A stretch of DNA of 37,388 nucleotides. It comes from Alteromonas sp. (GTDB taxonomy: Bacteria; Margulisbacteria; Marinamargulisbacteria; UBA6595). The stretch spans positions 1 through 37,388 of the forward strand of contig CAXPTH010000027.1 of assembly GCA_964220215.1 (NCBI GenBank), in the 5' to 3' direction. The position numbers were made by a program, and so were the translations under genes. This document shows positions 19,581 through 29,449 of the stretch, piece after piece. Position 1 is the first letter of the stretch; every line of letters begins with the position of its first letter. The notes beneath the pieces were generated by a model that ran no database searches, was not told where the DNA came from, and worked only from the letters and a program-made list of their open reading frames with translations.

Positions 19581-20026
19581 CGCACCGCTTTAGCCGATGG
19601 GCCTGGCATTACGCCGCCCTGGGCTTGGGCATTGGCATGGACCAACTCACCAAATACCTGTGCTTGGCGCTTTTGCCCGCCTATACGCCCATCCATCTGA
19701 TGCCGGGGCTTGCCTTGCAGGTGGTGTACAATCGCGGGGCCGCCTATGGGTTTTTCGCTGGACAAACCCCGTGGTTGGTGGGTATTGCGAGCCTGTTTAG
19801 CCTGTATTTTATGGCGACCTTTCATGTTGACCGTTGGCAAAGCCCCTCCCCGCTGGGTAGTCGATTGTTAATTATTGGGGCGTTGGGCAATTTGTTGGAC
19901 CGTATGATCCATGGGTTTGTCATTGATTTTATTTCAATCGGCCGGTTTCCGGTCTTTAATATTGCCGATATCTGCATTACCGTGGGCATTGGGTTGCTCA
20001 TTTATCGGAGCCTGAGACAGGCATGA
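19568..20026 (+). CDS. lspA: Lipoprotein signal peptidase II
   Basis: DQLTK, NRGAAYG, GALGNLLDR, VIDFI, FNIAD. Start uncertain (GTG 19556 or 19568). Confidence 0.93.
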   Translation: MAALTHRFSRWAWHYAALGLGIGMDQLTKYLCLALLPAYTPIHLMPGLALQVVYNRGAAYGFFAGQTPWLVGIASLFSLYFMATFHVDRWQSPSPLGSRLLIIGALGNLLDRMIHGFVIDFISIGRFPVFNIADICITVGIGLLIYRSLRQA

Positions 20027-20691
20027 GCCTGGATTTTTTATACGAAGATGGGGACCTCGCTGTTTTAAATAAGCCCGCCGGTATGTTGACACATCCGGCA
20101 TCCCGGCGGGAAATCCTGCCCTCGGTATCCGATGCCCTGGTGCACTGCTGGGGGGATGCCTTAGACATCACGGCGTTTGACCCCGCACGCCCAGGCATTG
20201 TGCATCGGCTAGACTGCGATACCAGTGGGCTCTTGGTCGTGGCCAAGCATGCCACCAGCCATGCCATACTGAGCGCCCAATTTAAAGCCCGGTCCGTGGT
20301 GAAGCGCTACATTGCAGCGGTGCATGGCCGAGTCCACACCGATGAGTTTGTTATTGCGGAACCCCTCCGGCGTGTCCGTGGCCGTAGTCATTACAAAATG
20401 ATTGCCCAAGCGCACCCGGATGCCAAAGACGCTGAAACCCATTGCCAATGCCTGTATCGAACCTCCACCAAATCCATTTTATTGGTCACCCCCAAAACGG
20501 GACGGACCCATCAAATTCGTGCGCATTTGGCCCACAAACACCACCCGCTCATCGGGGATGGGCTGTATGGCAAACCCAGCAAGCATTATCCCGGGCACTT
20601 GCTACAGGCTAACTATCTTGAGTTCACCCACCCCACAACCCAACACCGACTCGCCTTTCAGCTCAATGCCCCGGCGTGGGCAGCGTATTAA
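20023..20691 (+). CDS. RluA/RluD-family pseudouridine synthase lacking an S4 domain
   Basis: NKPAGM, GIVHRLDCDTSG, TGRTHQIRAH, GDGLYG; follows lspA with ATGA overlap. Confidence 0.93.
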   Translation: MSLDFLYEDGDLAVLNKPAGMLTHPASRREILPSVSDALVHCWGDALDITAFDPARPGIVHRLDCDTSGLLVVAKHATSHAILSAQFKARSVVKRYIAAVHGRVHTDEFVIAEPLRRVRGRSHYKMIAQAHPDAKDAETHCQCLYRTSTKSILLVTPKTGRTHQIRAHLAHKHHPLIGDGLYGKPSKHYPGHLLQANYLEFTHPTTQHRLAFQLNAPAWAAY

Positions 20692-21511
20692 ACAACGCAT
20701 CCCGGCGATGCTTGGCCACCGAGAGCCAGCTTAGGACTTGATCCGGATCGGTTTTGAGCATCGCTAACACATGGTCTAGCTCATCCCGAATACCCTGCAA
20801 GCCAGTCGCAATGGCTACCGTGTTTTCCCGGCACACATCTGCCCCCCAAGCGGGGTCATGCGCAGCTACCCGAGTTGTATCCCGCAAGCCCGGGCCAACC
20901 ACTGGGTCTACCGCATGGCCCTGGGTCGCCCGGATTGTCAGGCAAGCCATTAAATAGGGAATATGCGAGGTTAACGCGACCCAGCGATCGTGATCGTGCG
21001 CATCTAGCACCACGGGCTGCATCGCCATGCCCGCAATCCACTGCATAAAAATCGGTACTTCTGGGCTGTCAGGGACTTGAGGAACCACCACATACTGCCC
21101 CCCATCCAAGATCTGTGGCCCAGCATGCGCAACCCCCATTTTTTCAGAACCCATCATGGGATGCCCCCCAATATAGGTTTGATTGGCCTTCACAGACAGT
21201 CCCATTAGCGGCGCTTTCACACTGGCAATATCAGACACTACGAGTGGTTGCTCGCTATGCTTGGATACAGCCATTAACGCTGTTTGAACGTGAGCAATTG
21301 GGGTGCACACAATCGCTAAATCCAAATCGGTTGGTAAATCCGTGATTGTCGCCACTGCCGTGGTAACCCATCCCCGATCACAGGCGTATTGCCGTGTCTC
21401 AGGATCTGGATCCACCCCGTATCGCTCTGTATCCGGATACTGCTGGGCAATGCGTGCCGCTAAGGACCCCCCCATAACGCCCAGCCCAATGATGCCAATG
21501 CGCTTATACAT
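20663..21511 (-). CDS. tyrA: Prephenate/arogenate dehydrogenase
   Basis: GLGVMGGS, DIASVK, GGHPMMGSE, HDRWVALTSHIP, DTTRVA. Start reassigned to ATG 21511 overlapping the aroH stop. Confidence 0.93.
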   Translation of the reverse strand: MYKRIGIIGLGVMGGSLAARIAQQYPDTERYGVDPDPETRQYACDRGWVTTAVATITDLPTDLDLAIVCTPIAHVQTALMAVSKHSEQPLVVSDIASVKAPLMGLSVKANQTYIGGHPMMGSEKMGVAHAGPQILDGGQYVVVPQVPDSPEVPIFMQWIAGMAMQPVVLDAHDHDRWVALTSHIPYLMACLTIRATQGHAVDPVVGPGLRDTTRVAAHDPAWGADVCRENTVAIATGLQGIRDELDHVLAMLKTDPDQVLSWLSVAKHRRDALFNTLPTPGH

Positions 21512-21866
21512 TGTGATCGGGCCGCAATTGCTTTGCGTCACCCAAATACACATGCTGAATGGCCGATTGGGGAACTGCTGTATTCACATGCACCAAAATT
21601 CGAATGCATCGAGCCAACCCCCCCGGCACATCAATTTCGTTCAAGCAAAGCAATGGGGTATGTGCCAAACCCATTGCACGGGCCGCTGCCGCTGGAAACG
21701 CCGCATTTAAATCCGGGGTAACTGAAAAAAAGACTGAGGCAATATCCGAAATAACCACTGAATTTTCCTTTAAGATTGCCGATAAACAGTCTGTGGTTGC
21801 CGATAAAATATCCGATTCGGTATTGGCCGCACACACAGTGGCACCCCGAATCCCTCTTACAGGCAT
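21504..21866 (-). CDS. aroH: Chorismate mutase, AroH class
   Basis: VRGIRGAT, DLNAAFPA, CIRILVH, HVYL, LRPD. Confidence 0.96.
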   Translation of the reverse strand: MPVRGIRGATVCAANTESDILSATTDCLSAILKENSVVISDIASVFFSVTPDLNAAFPAAAARAMGLAHTPLLCLNEIDVPGGLARCIRILVHVNTAVPQSAIQHVYLGDAKQLRPDHNV

Positions 21867-22384
21867 TGCATAATCTCCGTCGCTATGGCCGAAACAATCA
21901 TGGCTTCATTATACGACTGGCCGGTCTCTTGCCGCAATGACGTGGCCACATGCCGAGCGTCCGTCACCACGGAATCTTGATTAATATTGAGCCCAACCCC
22001 CATGAGTAGCATTCGGGTATCGGGGTCCTCGGTTCCCAAGGATTCACACAACACCCCCCCCAGTTTGCGATCCCCAACCATAAGGTCGTTGGGCGGCTTG
22101 ACCCATGCCCGAACGTACCCGTCTAGGACGGATTGGCATGCGGTTGCAACCCGTTCCGGCACTTGGGTAGGCGCATGCATTAACCGAGCCGTGGGAACCG
22201 ATTGCATCACCGTCATATAAATCCCCCCCAACGCGGATACCCACGGCCGGCCCTGTTGCCCAACCCCGTGAGTTTGCTGACGCGCCCAAATAACCAGGCC
22301 CGACGCCTCTAAACCGTATTGATCCAAACATCGCCGAGCCTGCAACTGCGTGGAATCCACCGATGGCAACACCCAATAGCGCAT
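21857..22384 (-). CDS. birA: Biotin-protein ligase, catalytic core only
   Basis: VDSTQ, QTHGVGQQGRPW, KPPNDL, KLGGVLCE, GVGLNI. Confidence 0.87.
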   Translation of the reverse strand: MRYWVLPSVDSTQLQARRCLDQYGLEASGLVIWARQQTHGVGQQGRPWVSALGGIYMTVMQSVPTARLMHAPTQVPERVATACQSVLDGYVRAWVKPPNDLMVGDRKLGGVLCESLGTEDPDTRMLLMGVGLNINQDSVVTDARHVATSLRQETGQSYNEAMIVSAIATEIMQCL

Positions 22385-23575
22385 TTACACGTCCGCGCGT
22401 GCGGCCGCATGAACCGCCGCTGGGTTTACCCCCAACCGGTCTTCTGCCAAGGTGCAAATTCGATCCACAATCGACAGATTGGCCAATGAAAAAAACGTGG
22501 TCCGATCGTGAGCGCTTTGATACTGATACATATTAAACTCTGAATCCGCTAATACCGATGGGTCCATCTGAATCAATTGGTAGAACCACGGCTTAATGGC
22601 TTTTCGAAACCAAAATTCAGCATAATAGTCTCGGTACCATGTTCGCCGATGCCATCCCCGATGCTGACACTGATTGCGCAACACAACAATGCGATGGGAT
22701 ACGACCGCATCAAACTGTTGGCCAATATCTGGACCATACGCCCATGAAAACGCCTGCAAGTCCGCATACCGGTCTGAAATACAGTGAATGGTGTCCGTGT
22801 AAACAGTAAAAAACGCATCCAATTGATGCGGATCCAAGGCATTAATTTCAGACACCCCGCCCTGAATATATTGGGCCAACCAATCGTCATTATTGGGGTA
22901 AAACAAATACCCCACATCAATGGGCAACAACGCCCCCTCGTCGGATACAATATAATTATTCCCATGCCGATCCCCACGCCCAAACACATCCCCCAAGGCC
23001 GCCTGTCTAGCCAAACCAACAACATGACTGCTATGCGCTGCATGCCCAGACACCCCCAGCCCATGCAGGGTGGTGCTCCCCAAGTAATCCGACACCCGCC
23101 AGTCCATCCCCCTCACACGGTAGCATTGGGTCTGATAGGTTGGCCACCCCAATTGGTCTAAAATTGCAATAAAATAACTGTGATAACACGCCGATTCAGG
23201 CTTCACCGTCACGATGCGGGTAGTCTCTGCCTGACGATAGTGCAGTTGATACACCGACTGGCTGGCCCCAATGTCATACGCATCCACCAAATCCCCGCCC
23301 CCCGCAAAATTAGTGACACACCCCCAAATCTCCGCAGATTTTAATTTGCGTTGCACCAACTCACACCGATGATCCAAATCATTAAACAACTGACGCCGCA
23401 ATCGGCAATGAATCTCCCCATACAGGCTACCGGGTTTTCGCTGAAATGCCAAGCTAAATTGGGTGTCCGTTTGGCAATATTTCTGAAAATCTTCCGAGGC
23501 AATCGGCCAGACATGGTCCGGATGGCTGACAGCAGAAAAAGCCGTGAGTGTGTCAGGAACTGTGGATAATGACAC
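22385..23575 (-). CDS. Orphan atypical kinase, PI3K/PI4K/HipA/LanM-like fold
   Basis: GASQSVY (P-loop position), VKPE (Lys), GDRHGNNYIV (catalytic loop), PIDVGYLF (DFG-equivalent). Likely start GTG 23575 with AGGA upstream; longest ORF starts at 23611. Confidence 0.72.
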   Translation of the reverse strand: MSLSTVPDTLTAFSAVSHPDHVWPIASEDFQKYCQTDTQFSLAFQRKPGSLYGEIHCRLRRQLFNDLDHRCELVQRKLKSAEIWGCVTNFAGGGDLVDAYDIGASQSVYQLHYRQAETTRIVTVKPESACYHSYFIAILDQLGWPTYQTQCYRVRGMDWRVSDYLGSTTLHGLGVSGHAAHSSHVVGLARQAALGDVFGRGDRHGNNYIVSDEGALLPIDVGYLFYPNNDDWLAQYIQGGVSEINALDPHQLDAFFTVYTDTIHCISDRYADLQAFSWAYGPDIGQQFDAVVSHRIVVLRNQCQHRGWHRRTWYRDYYAEFWFRKAIKPWFYQLIQMDPSVLADSEFNMYQYQSAHDRTTFFSLANLSIVDRICTLAEDRLGVNPAAVHAAARADV

Positions 23576-25001
23576 GGCACCGATCCTGCAACACAGACAT
23601 CGGGTACACACTTAGCAATGTGGTTAAATCTGGGCCCGATGCCTCCCCAGATATCGCCAACCGAACTGTTTTAAACACCAATCCCGTTGGCATGTTTAAT
23701 GCCTTCACAACCCCCATTAAGGCGGATTTTATCGCAGTTTTATCCGACAACTCACTCAAAGACCCCAATGCGTCATGCACCGCGGCTAATAGTGTTTTTT
23801 GATCATCGGTCCACACAGTATCGCTCAACTGCTCCCGACGCTGAGCATCCGTTCGAGCATAGACGGCCAACACGGTATTAATTTGATCCAACCGATCCAC
23901 ACTGTCCCGCACCGAATCAAACACACGATCCAAGGCATCATCGGAAATCTGGTTGGCAATATCCGCCATCAAGGCCGGGTCCAAAAACGGTGCCACAGCC
24001 GATCGAAAATTAGCCAAACTTAATTGCTTAATATACTGCTTATTCATCCAAGTCAATTTTTGGGTATCAAAAATAGCCCCAGCTTTATGAATGCGGTCCA
24101 AGGAAAATTGGCGAACCATGTCTGCCACCGGTTGGATCTCCTGGCCATCCGGCGCCGACCAGCCCAACAAAGCCAAATAATTCACAATAGCAGCAGGTAA
24201 AAACCCCTGCGCTTGATAATCTGTAATGGACGTTGCCCCATGCCGTTTGGATAATTTTGTGCGATCCGGGCCCAAAATAATGGGGAAATGCCCAAAGGTA
24301 GGGATCGGCTGACCAGCTGGCAATAACGCTTGAAACAATAAAATATGCTTGGGCGTATTGGAAATATGATCTTCCCCACGCAACACATGGGTAATGCCCA
24401 TGGCGATATCATCAGCAACAACGGCAAAATGATAACTCGGTAGTCCGTCAGACTTGGCCAAAATAAAATCCGATACTAAGGCCAAATCAAAGGTAATCGA
24501 GCCCCGGACTGCGTCCTCAAAGGTTAAGTCGCCCGATTCTGGCACTGCAAATCGAATGGTATGCGGCACCCCGGATGCCAATCGCGCCTGAATCTCGGCT
24601 TCGGATAAGTGCCGGCATTTGCGCGAGTACTGATACGGGTGTTTGGCTGCGTCAGCGGCGGCTTTTTCGGCTTCTAACTCTGATTCGGTGCAAAAACACC
24701 GATACGCATGCCCCGAGTCCAGCACCTGGTGAATGCCATCGTGATACGACCGTTCCGATTGTCGGTACGGCCCGCAAGCCCCGTTGGAATCCGGCCCCTC
24801 ATCGTAGTTCAACCCCACCCAAGCCATTCCAGCCATAATATTGGCTTCAAATTCTGGCGTAGATCGCGCCTTGTCTGTGTCTTCAATGCGGACAATATAA
24901 GTCGCCCCGTGTCGCTGGGCAAACAACCAATTAAACAGCGCTGTTCGCAATGAGCCAATATGCAAATTGCCGGTTGGAGACGGCGCAAACCGAACCCGCA
25001 T
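23553..25001 (-). CDS. gltX: Glutamate--tRNA ligase
   Basis: RFAPSPTG, HIGS, RIEDTD, RGEDH, KLSKR, C-terminal anticodon-binding domain. Confidence 0.97.
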   Translation of the reverse strand: MRVRFAPSPTGNLHIGSLRTALFNWLFAQRHGATYIVRIEDTDKARSTPEFEANIMAGMAWVGLNYDEGPDSNGACGPYRQSERSYHDGIHQVLDSGHAYRCFCTESELEAEKAAADAAKHPYQYSRKCRHLSEAEIQARLASGVPHTIRFAVPESGDLTFEDAVRGSITFDLALVSDFILAKSDGLPSYHFAVVADDIAMGITHVLRGEDHISNTPKHILLFQALLPAGQPIPTFGHFPIILGPDRTKLSKRHGATSITDYQAQGFLPAAIVNYLALLGWSAPDGQEIQPVADMVRQFSLDRIHKAGAIFDTQKLTWMNKQYIKQLSLANFRSAVAPFLDPALMADIANQISDDALDRVFDSVRDSVDRLDQINTVLAVYARTDAQRREQLSDTVWTDDQKTLLAAVHDALGSLSELSDKTAIKSALMGVVKALNMPTGLVFKTVRLAISGEASGPDLTTLLSVYPMSVLQDRCRVIIHSS

Positions 25002-27244
25002 TACTGCGACTCCGATCGAATTTTATTTAATGCAGATCCCGCCTGAAACCAAGCAATTTGATTGGCATTGTACGTATGATTAACGGGAATCGATTCCGTG
25101 GTGCCATCGGCGTGATGCACGACCATCGTTAGCGGTTGACCCGGGGATAATTGGGTAACCCCTTGAATGGATATCCGATCCATTTCTTGCACCCGATTGT
25201 AATCATCGGGGTTGGCAAATGTCAGGGCCAACACCCCTTGTTTTTTCAAATTGGTTTCATGAATTCGAGCAAAGGACCGAACCACAACCACCTGAACACC
25301 CAAAAACCGGGCTTCCATGGCCGCATGTTCCCGAGAGCTGCCCTCGCCATAGTTCTCATCCCCAATCACAACGGAGCCCACCCCCAATTGCTGATACTGC
25401 CGGGCAGTGTCTGGCACCGGGCCATACTCTCCGGTCACGGCATTGAGAACGGCATTCGTTTCCCCGGTAAAGCGATTGGTTGCCCCGATTAAAAAGTTAT
25501 CTGAAATATTTTCCAAATGGCCACGATACACCAACCAAGGCCCGGCCATTGAAATGTGATCGGTGGTGCATTTACCTGACGCTTGAATCAGCAACCGCAA
25601 CTGGGTAAAATCAGCACCATCCCAGGCTGGAAAGGGGGTTAAGACTTGCAATCGCTTGGACGCTGGGTCAATGGTTACCGGCTGGGTCAAGTCATTGGAC
25701 GGGGCTTGATAACCGTAGGTATTATCCGTAAAGCCCGATTTTGGAAAAATATCCCCCGATGGTGCCGGCAAGTGAATGGCATCCCCCGACGGCGTGGTTA
25801 ACGTATCCGTGGCTGGATTAAACGTGAGGCGCCCCCCCAAGACCATAGCCGTGACCATCTCAGGCGAAGACACGAAGGCATGCGTTAACGGGTTGCCGTC
25901 ATTGCGCTTGGCAAAATTGCGATTAAACGATGTAATAATCGAATTTTTTTCTGTAGAATCGTGGCGTTTCCATTGGCCAATACACGGGCCACAGGCATTC
26001 GCCAATACAACAGCCCCCATTTGTCGAAACGTATCCAACAGGCCATCGCGCTCCGCCGTTGCGCGAATCATTTCTGAACCGGGGGTAATGGTAAATTCAC
26101 ACTGAGCCTTAAGCCCAGCATCCACCGCAGCCTTGGCCACTCGATGGGCACGGCTTAAATCTTCATACGATGAATTGGTGCATGAGCCCACCAACCCCAC
26201 AGACAACGCCTCTGGATACGCATTAGCCGTCACAGCATCGGCAAATTTAGACAACGGCCAGGCTAAATCGGGCGTAAAGGGCCCGTTAATATGGGGCTCT
26301 AATGTGGATAAATCAATTTCAATGACTCGATCATAGTATTGATCGGGGTCATCCAATACCGCTGGATCTGGTTGAAAATACTGTTGGTATTGAGCGGCCA
26401 ACTCGGCAATTGGCGCCCGATTGGTCTGGGTCAAATAATCGGCCATTGAGGCATCAAACGGGAAGACGGATGTGGTTGCCCCAATTTCAGCGCCCATGTT
26501 GCAAATGGTACCTTTACCGGTGCAGGACAGCGATTCAGCCCCAGGGCCAAAGTATTCAATGACGGCGTTGGTCCCACCCTTCGCAGTTAACAAACCCGCC
26601 AAGTACAAAATAACATCTTTGGGACTGGTCCAGGATTCAGACGGAAACTGGCCCGTTAAACGAACCCCAATAATTTTAGGAAACTTTAACTCCCAGGGCA
26701 ACCCCGTCATCACATCCACGGCGTCCGCACCGCCAACACCCACGGCAAACATGCCCAAGCCGCCCGCATTCACGGTATGGCTATCGGTGCCAATCATGAC
26801 ACCCCCCGGAAAAGCATAATTTTCCAACACCACTTGGTGAATAATCCCCGCCCCAGGCCGCCAAAACCCAATGCCGTAGCGATCCGATACCTGCTCCAGA
26901 AACTGATACACTTCCCGATTGGACTCTATGGCACGCTGTAGATCGGCTTCAGCACCATGCTCAGCTAAAATCAAATGATCGCAATGGACCGTGGTTGGCA
27001 CCGCCGTTTGCGCACGGCCCGATTGCATAAATTGCAACAACGCCATTTGTGCCGTGGCGTCTTGCATGCAGACCCGATCCGGATTTAAATCAATATACCC
27101 CTGTTTAACGGCCGCCAACTCAGTACCCGATACCGCGTGGCTAATTAATAATTTTTCCGTCAGCGTTAAAGGCTGGTCAATTGCATCCAATACCTGCTTT
27201 AAACGGGCATACAGTGAAGCAATCGCATCCAGTTGCACTAACAT
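25001..27244 (-). CDS. Aconitate hydratase, mitochondrial/Bacteroidetes-type (747 aa)
   Basis: [60 protein letters not shown]. Confidence 0.95.
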   Translation of the reverse strand: MLVQLDAIASLYARLKQVLDAIDQPLTLTEKLLISHAVSGTELAAVKQGYIDLNPDRVCMQDATAQMALLQFMQSGRAQTAVPTTVHCDHLILAEHGAEADLQRAIESNREVYQFLEQVSDRYGIGFWRPGAGIIHQVVLENYAFPGGVMIGTDSHTVNAGGLGMFAVGVGGADAVDVMTGLPWELKFPKIIGVRLTGQFPSESWTSPKDVILYLAGLLTAKGGTNAVIEYFGPGAESLSCTGKGTICNMGAEIGATTSVFPFDASMADYLTQTNRAPIAELAAQYQQYFQPDPAVLDDPDQYYDRVIEIDLSTLEPHINGPFTPDLAWPLSKFADAVTANAYPEALSVGLVGSCTNSSYEDLSRAHRVAKAAVDAGLKAQCEFTITPGSEMIRATAERDGLLDTFRQMGAVVLANACGPCIGQWKRHDSTEKNSIITSFNRNFAKRNDGNPLTHAFVSSPEMVTAMVLGGRLTFNPATDTLTTPSGDAIHLPAPSGDIFPKSGFTDNTYGYQAPSNDLTQPVTIDPASKRLQVLTPFPAWDGADFTQLRLLIQASGKCTTDHISMAGPWLVYRGHLENISDNFLIGATNRFTGETNAVLNAVTGEYGPVPDTARQYQQLGVGSVVIGDENYGEGSSREHAAMEARFLGVQVVVVRSFARIHETNLKKQGVLALTFANPDDYNRVQEMDRISIQGVTQLSPGQPLTMVVHHADGTTESIPVNHTYNANQIAWFQAGSALNKIRSESQ

Positions 27245-27251
27245 AGCTTTT

Positions 27252-27260
27252 ATTTTACCA
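27252..27260 (-). promoter_or_regulatory. Extended -10 (TGGTAAAAT) 7 nt before the aconitase ATG; probably leaderless
   Basis: Minus strand reads TGG-TAAAAT-AAAAGCT-ATG with no SD. Confidence 0.55.
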
Positions 27261-27262
27261 AA

Positions 27263-27841
27263 CTACAGAGTTTTCTCAACTGCCTGCACCAAAGTATCGG
27301 ACAACGGCTTCACCCGGGACCCAAATCGAGCCACAACCGCTCCATTGCGATCCACTAAAATTTTATTAAAATTCCACGATATATTGCCCGACAAATCCGG
27401 GTTTGATTGGGTTAAATAGCGGTACAGCGGATGCATCCATCGGCCACGTACCGGCACTTTTTCAGTCATGGGGAATGAAACGCCGTAATTTAGCGAACAA
27501 AACTCAGCAATTGATTGGGCGCTGCCGGGTTCTTGGTTGGCAAAACTATTGCTGGGCACGCCCACAACCACGAGCCCCTGATCTTTGTATTGATCATACA
27601 AGGTTTGCAAGCCTTCGTATTGATACGTAAAGCCACATTTGCTCGCCACATTGACAAACAAAATTGGCTTGCCTTGTACCGATTCCCACGCCCACGGGGA
27701 CCCCGATAACGTGTTAATGTTAATCGCATACAAATCCGCAGCAACCGCTGGAATATCCGCTGTATCGGCGTATAAGCGATCTCGAACAAGCCATAAACCA
27801 AGCCCCAAACCCAAACAAAGCCCCACTAAAACAGTACGCAT
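27263..27841 (-). CDS. Glutathione peroxidase-family protein (Cys type) with N-terminal signal/TM
   Basis: NVASKCGFT, NSFANQEPG, WNFNKILVD; GGAGG SD upstream. Confidence 0.93.
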   Translation of the reverse strand: MRTVLVGLCLGLGLGLWLVRDRLYADTADIPAVAADLYAININTLSGSPWAWESVQGKPILFVNVASKCGFTYQYEGLQTLYDQYKDQGLVVVGVPSNSFANQEPGSAQSIAEFCSLNYGVSFPMTEKVPVRGRWMHPLYRYLTQSNPDLSGNISWNFNKILVDRNGAVVARFGSRVKPLSDTLVQAVEKTL

Positions 27842-27871
27842 AAAGAGCCTCCTTGGTCATGTGCTATTATT

Positions 27872-27947
27872 TGGAGCGGGATACCAGGTTCGAACTGGCG
27901 ACCTTTTGCTTGGCAAGCAAACGCTCTACCAACTGAGCTAATCCCGC
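27872..27947 (-). tRNA. tRNA-Gly (GCC)
   Basis: GCGGGATTAGCTCAGTTGGTAGAGC..TTTGC-TTGCCAA-GCAAA..GTTCGAAC..ATCCCGCTCCA; 76 nt, CCA encoded. Confidence 0.97.
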
Positions 27948-27991
27948 ACATAGTCTTTAGCTTACCACGATTCCGACTAAATCGTGAAGCA

Positions 27992-29446
27992 TTATTGGGG
28001 TTCCGTGACAATGCTTGCGGCAGCATCCACATCGGCTTTCAACGCCGCTTGCAAATCCTGCCGCTGTTGATCCACCGCATTAAATTTAGCCACCATGCCC
28101 GCTTCAGTATAGGCATCGGCCAAGGCATCCAGCGTGTTTAAATCCGTTTTACCCAAGTCCAAGGCTTTGGCATACGCCGCTTTCATTTTGGTGCGTTGGT
28201 CTTGCTCAGCATAATACTGGCCTTGGCCCACATACACCGATGGCCATGGGCTCGTCTCCTGCATTAAATCGGCTTTCAAACCGGCTTTTTTCCATTCGGA
28301 TTCAGCCAAATCATGCTGGTCTTTTTCAGCATACAACTTGGCCAGAAAATAATGCGGAATGGGGGAGTCCGGATCTTGGGATATGCTTGCTTCAAACCCC
28401 TGAATGGCATCGGCATACACCCCCGTTTTGATTGCATGCACCCCTTTGAGCAGTGGGTTAACAATAATCAAGGGGCTGTCCCCCGCCACATCCACCAACA
28501 ACTGATTTTTATTGTATTGCGCCCGAGCTTGAGCCACAGTTTGGCGTTCGGAGGCAAACGCATCGGGTTCAATCACTTTCGTGGGTCGACTGTCCTCTAC
28601 CTTGATTAAATGCCATCCAAACTGGGTCTTCACCGGCTCAGATAATGCCCCTTTATCCAGGGCATACGCGGCATCTGCAAAGGGCGCCACCACGCTGTGA
28701 TACCGTATCCAGCCCAAATCACCCCCTTTTTGTGCATTGCTCGGGTCAGCCGAATATTGACTGGCCGCTTGGGTAAAGGACAAATTGCCCCGCAAAATAT
28801 CATCCCGAATGGTTTCAATTTGGGCCCTGGCCGCGTCTGGCTGATCCGGATCAATGGGAATTAAAATATGGCTGGCCAACAACTCCGTGTAATAATTAAG
28901 GATATCCTGATCACTAATCGAAACCTGATTTAATGTTTTCTGTATTTTTTGAACCCGAATATTGTCTTCCAATCGGCGTTTGTATTGATCATAGTGCAGG
29001 CCATTATCCGCCAAGCGCTGCCGCAATTCTGATTTGCGTGTAATGCCCAGTCCCTGCATAACCTGCTGTAAATACGATTTGTACTCCGATTGCGTCACGC
29101 TCACATCAGTCGCATGCGCATGCTGCAACAATATTGAAAATTCCATGGCACGTTGAAACGCATAGTAATAGCGCTCCATCAGCATTTCCGGGTTTGGCTT
29201 TCGATGTTGGTCGGATTCCATAGACGCTGTTTGAACCTCTGAAAAAAACCCATAAAACTTTTGCCCCGATACCGGAATACTGCCAACTAATGCAACGTAA
29301 TCGGTGGACAGTTCTGGGCTGGATGTGCTGGCTGATCGGCTGCTGCCCCCACCACCCCAAAACGTCCCCGCAAACATCGTTAATGCAAACGCAATAACAA
29401 TACTCCACCCAATCCATTTAATATTGTTTCGAAATAGTGCTAGCAT
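27992..29446 (-). CDS. Membrane-anchored parvulin PPIase (PpiD/PrsA/SurA-like) with C-terminal TPRs
   Basis: N-terminal TM; SurA-like helical region; ASHILI, YSADP, GGDLGW, PVKTQFGWHLIKV; TPR-like tail. Confidence 0.9.
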   Translation of the reverse strand: MLALFRNNIKWIGWSIVIAFALTMFAGTFWGGGGSSRSASTSSPELSTDYVALVGSIPVSGQKFYGFFSEVQTASMESDQHRKPNPEMLMERYYYAFQRAMEFSILLQHAHATDVSVTQSEYKSYLQQVMQGLGITRKSELRQRLADNGLHYDQYKRRLEDNIRVQKIQKTLNQVSISDQDILNYYTELLASHILIPIDPDQPDAARAQIETIRDDILRGNLSFTQAASQYSADPSNAQKGGDLGWIRYHSVVAPFADAAYALDKGALSEPVKTQFGWHLIKVEDSRPTKVIEPDAFASERQTVAQARAQYNKNQLLVDVAGDSPLIIVNPLLKGVHAIKTGVYADAIQGFEASISQDPDSPIPHYFLAKLYAEKDQHDLAESEWKKAGLKADLMQETSPWPSVYVGQGQYYAEQDQRTKMKAAYAKALDLGKTDLNTLDALADAYTEAGMVAKFNAVDQQRQDLQAALKADVDAAASIVTEPQ

Positions 29447-29449
29447 GAT

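Noticed and set aside
22385..23575. Lanthipeptide (LanM) cluster or canonical hipBA toxin-antitoxin locus
   Set aside because: No LanC cyclase domain, precursor or transporter; no HTH antitoxin; the catalytic loop is DRH rather than HipA-type DxHxKN.
27630..27645. Selenocysteine in the glutathione peroxidase
   Set aside because: The active-site codon is TGT (Cys), with no in-frame TGA.
27826..28032. 68-aa ORF containing GISSVGRA
   Set aside because: It is a translation of tRNA-Gly.
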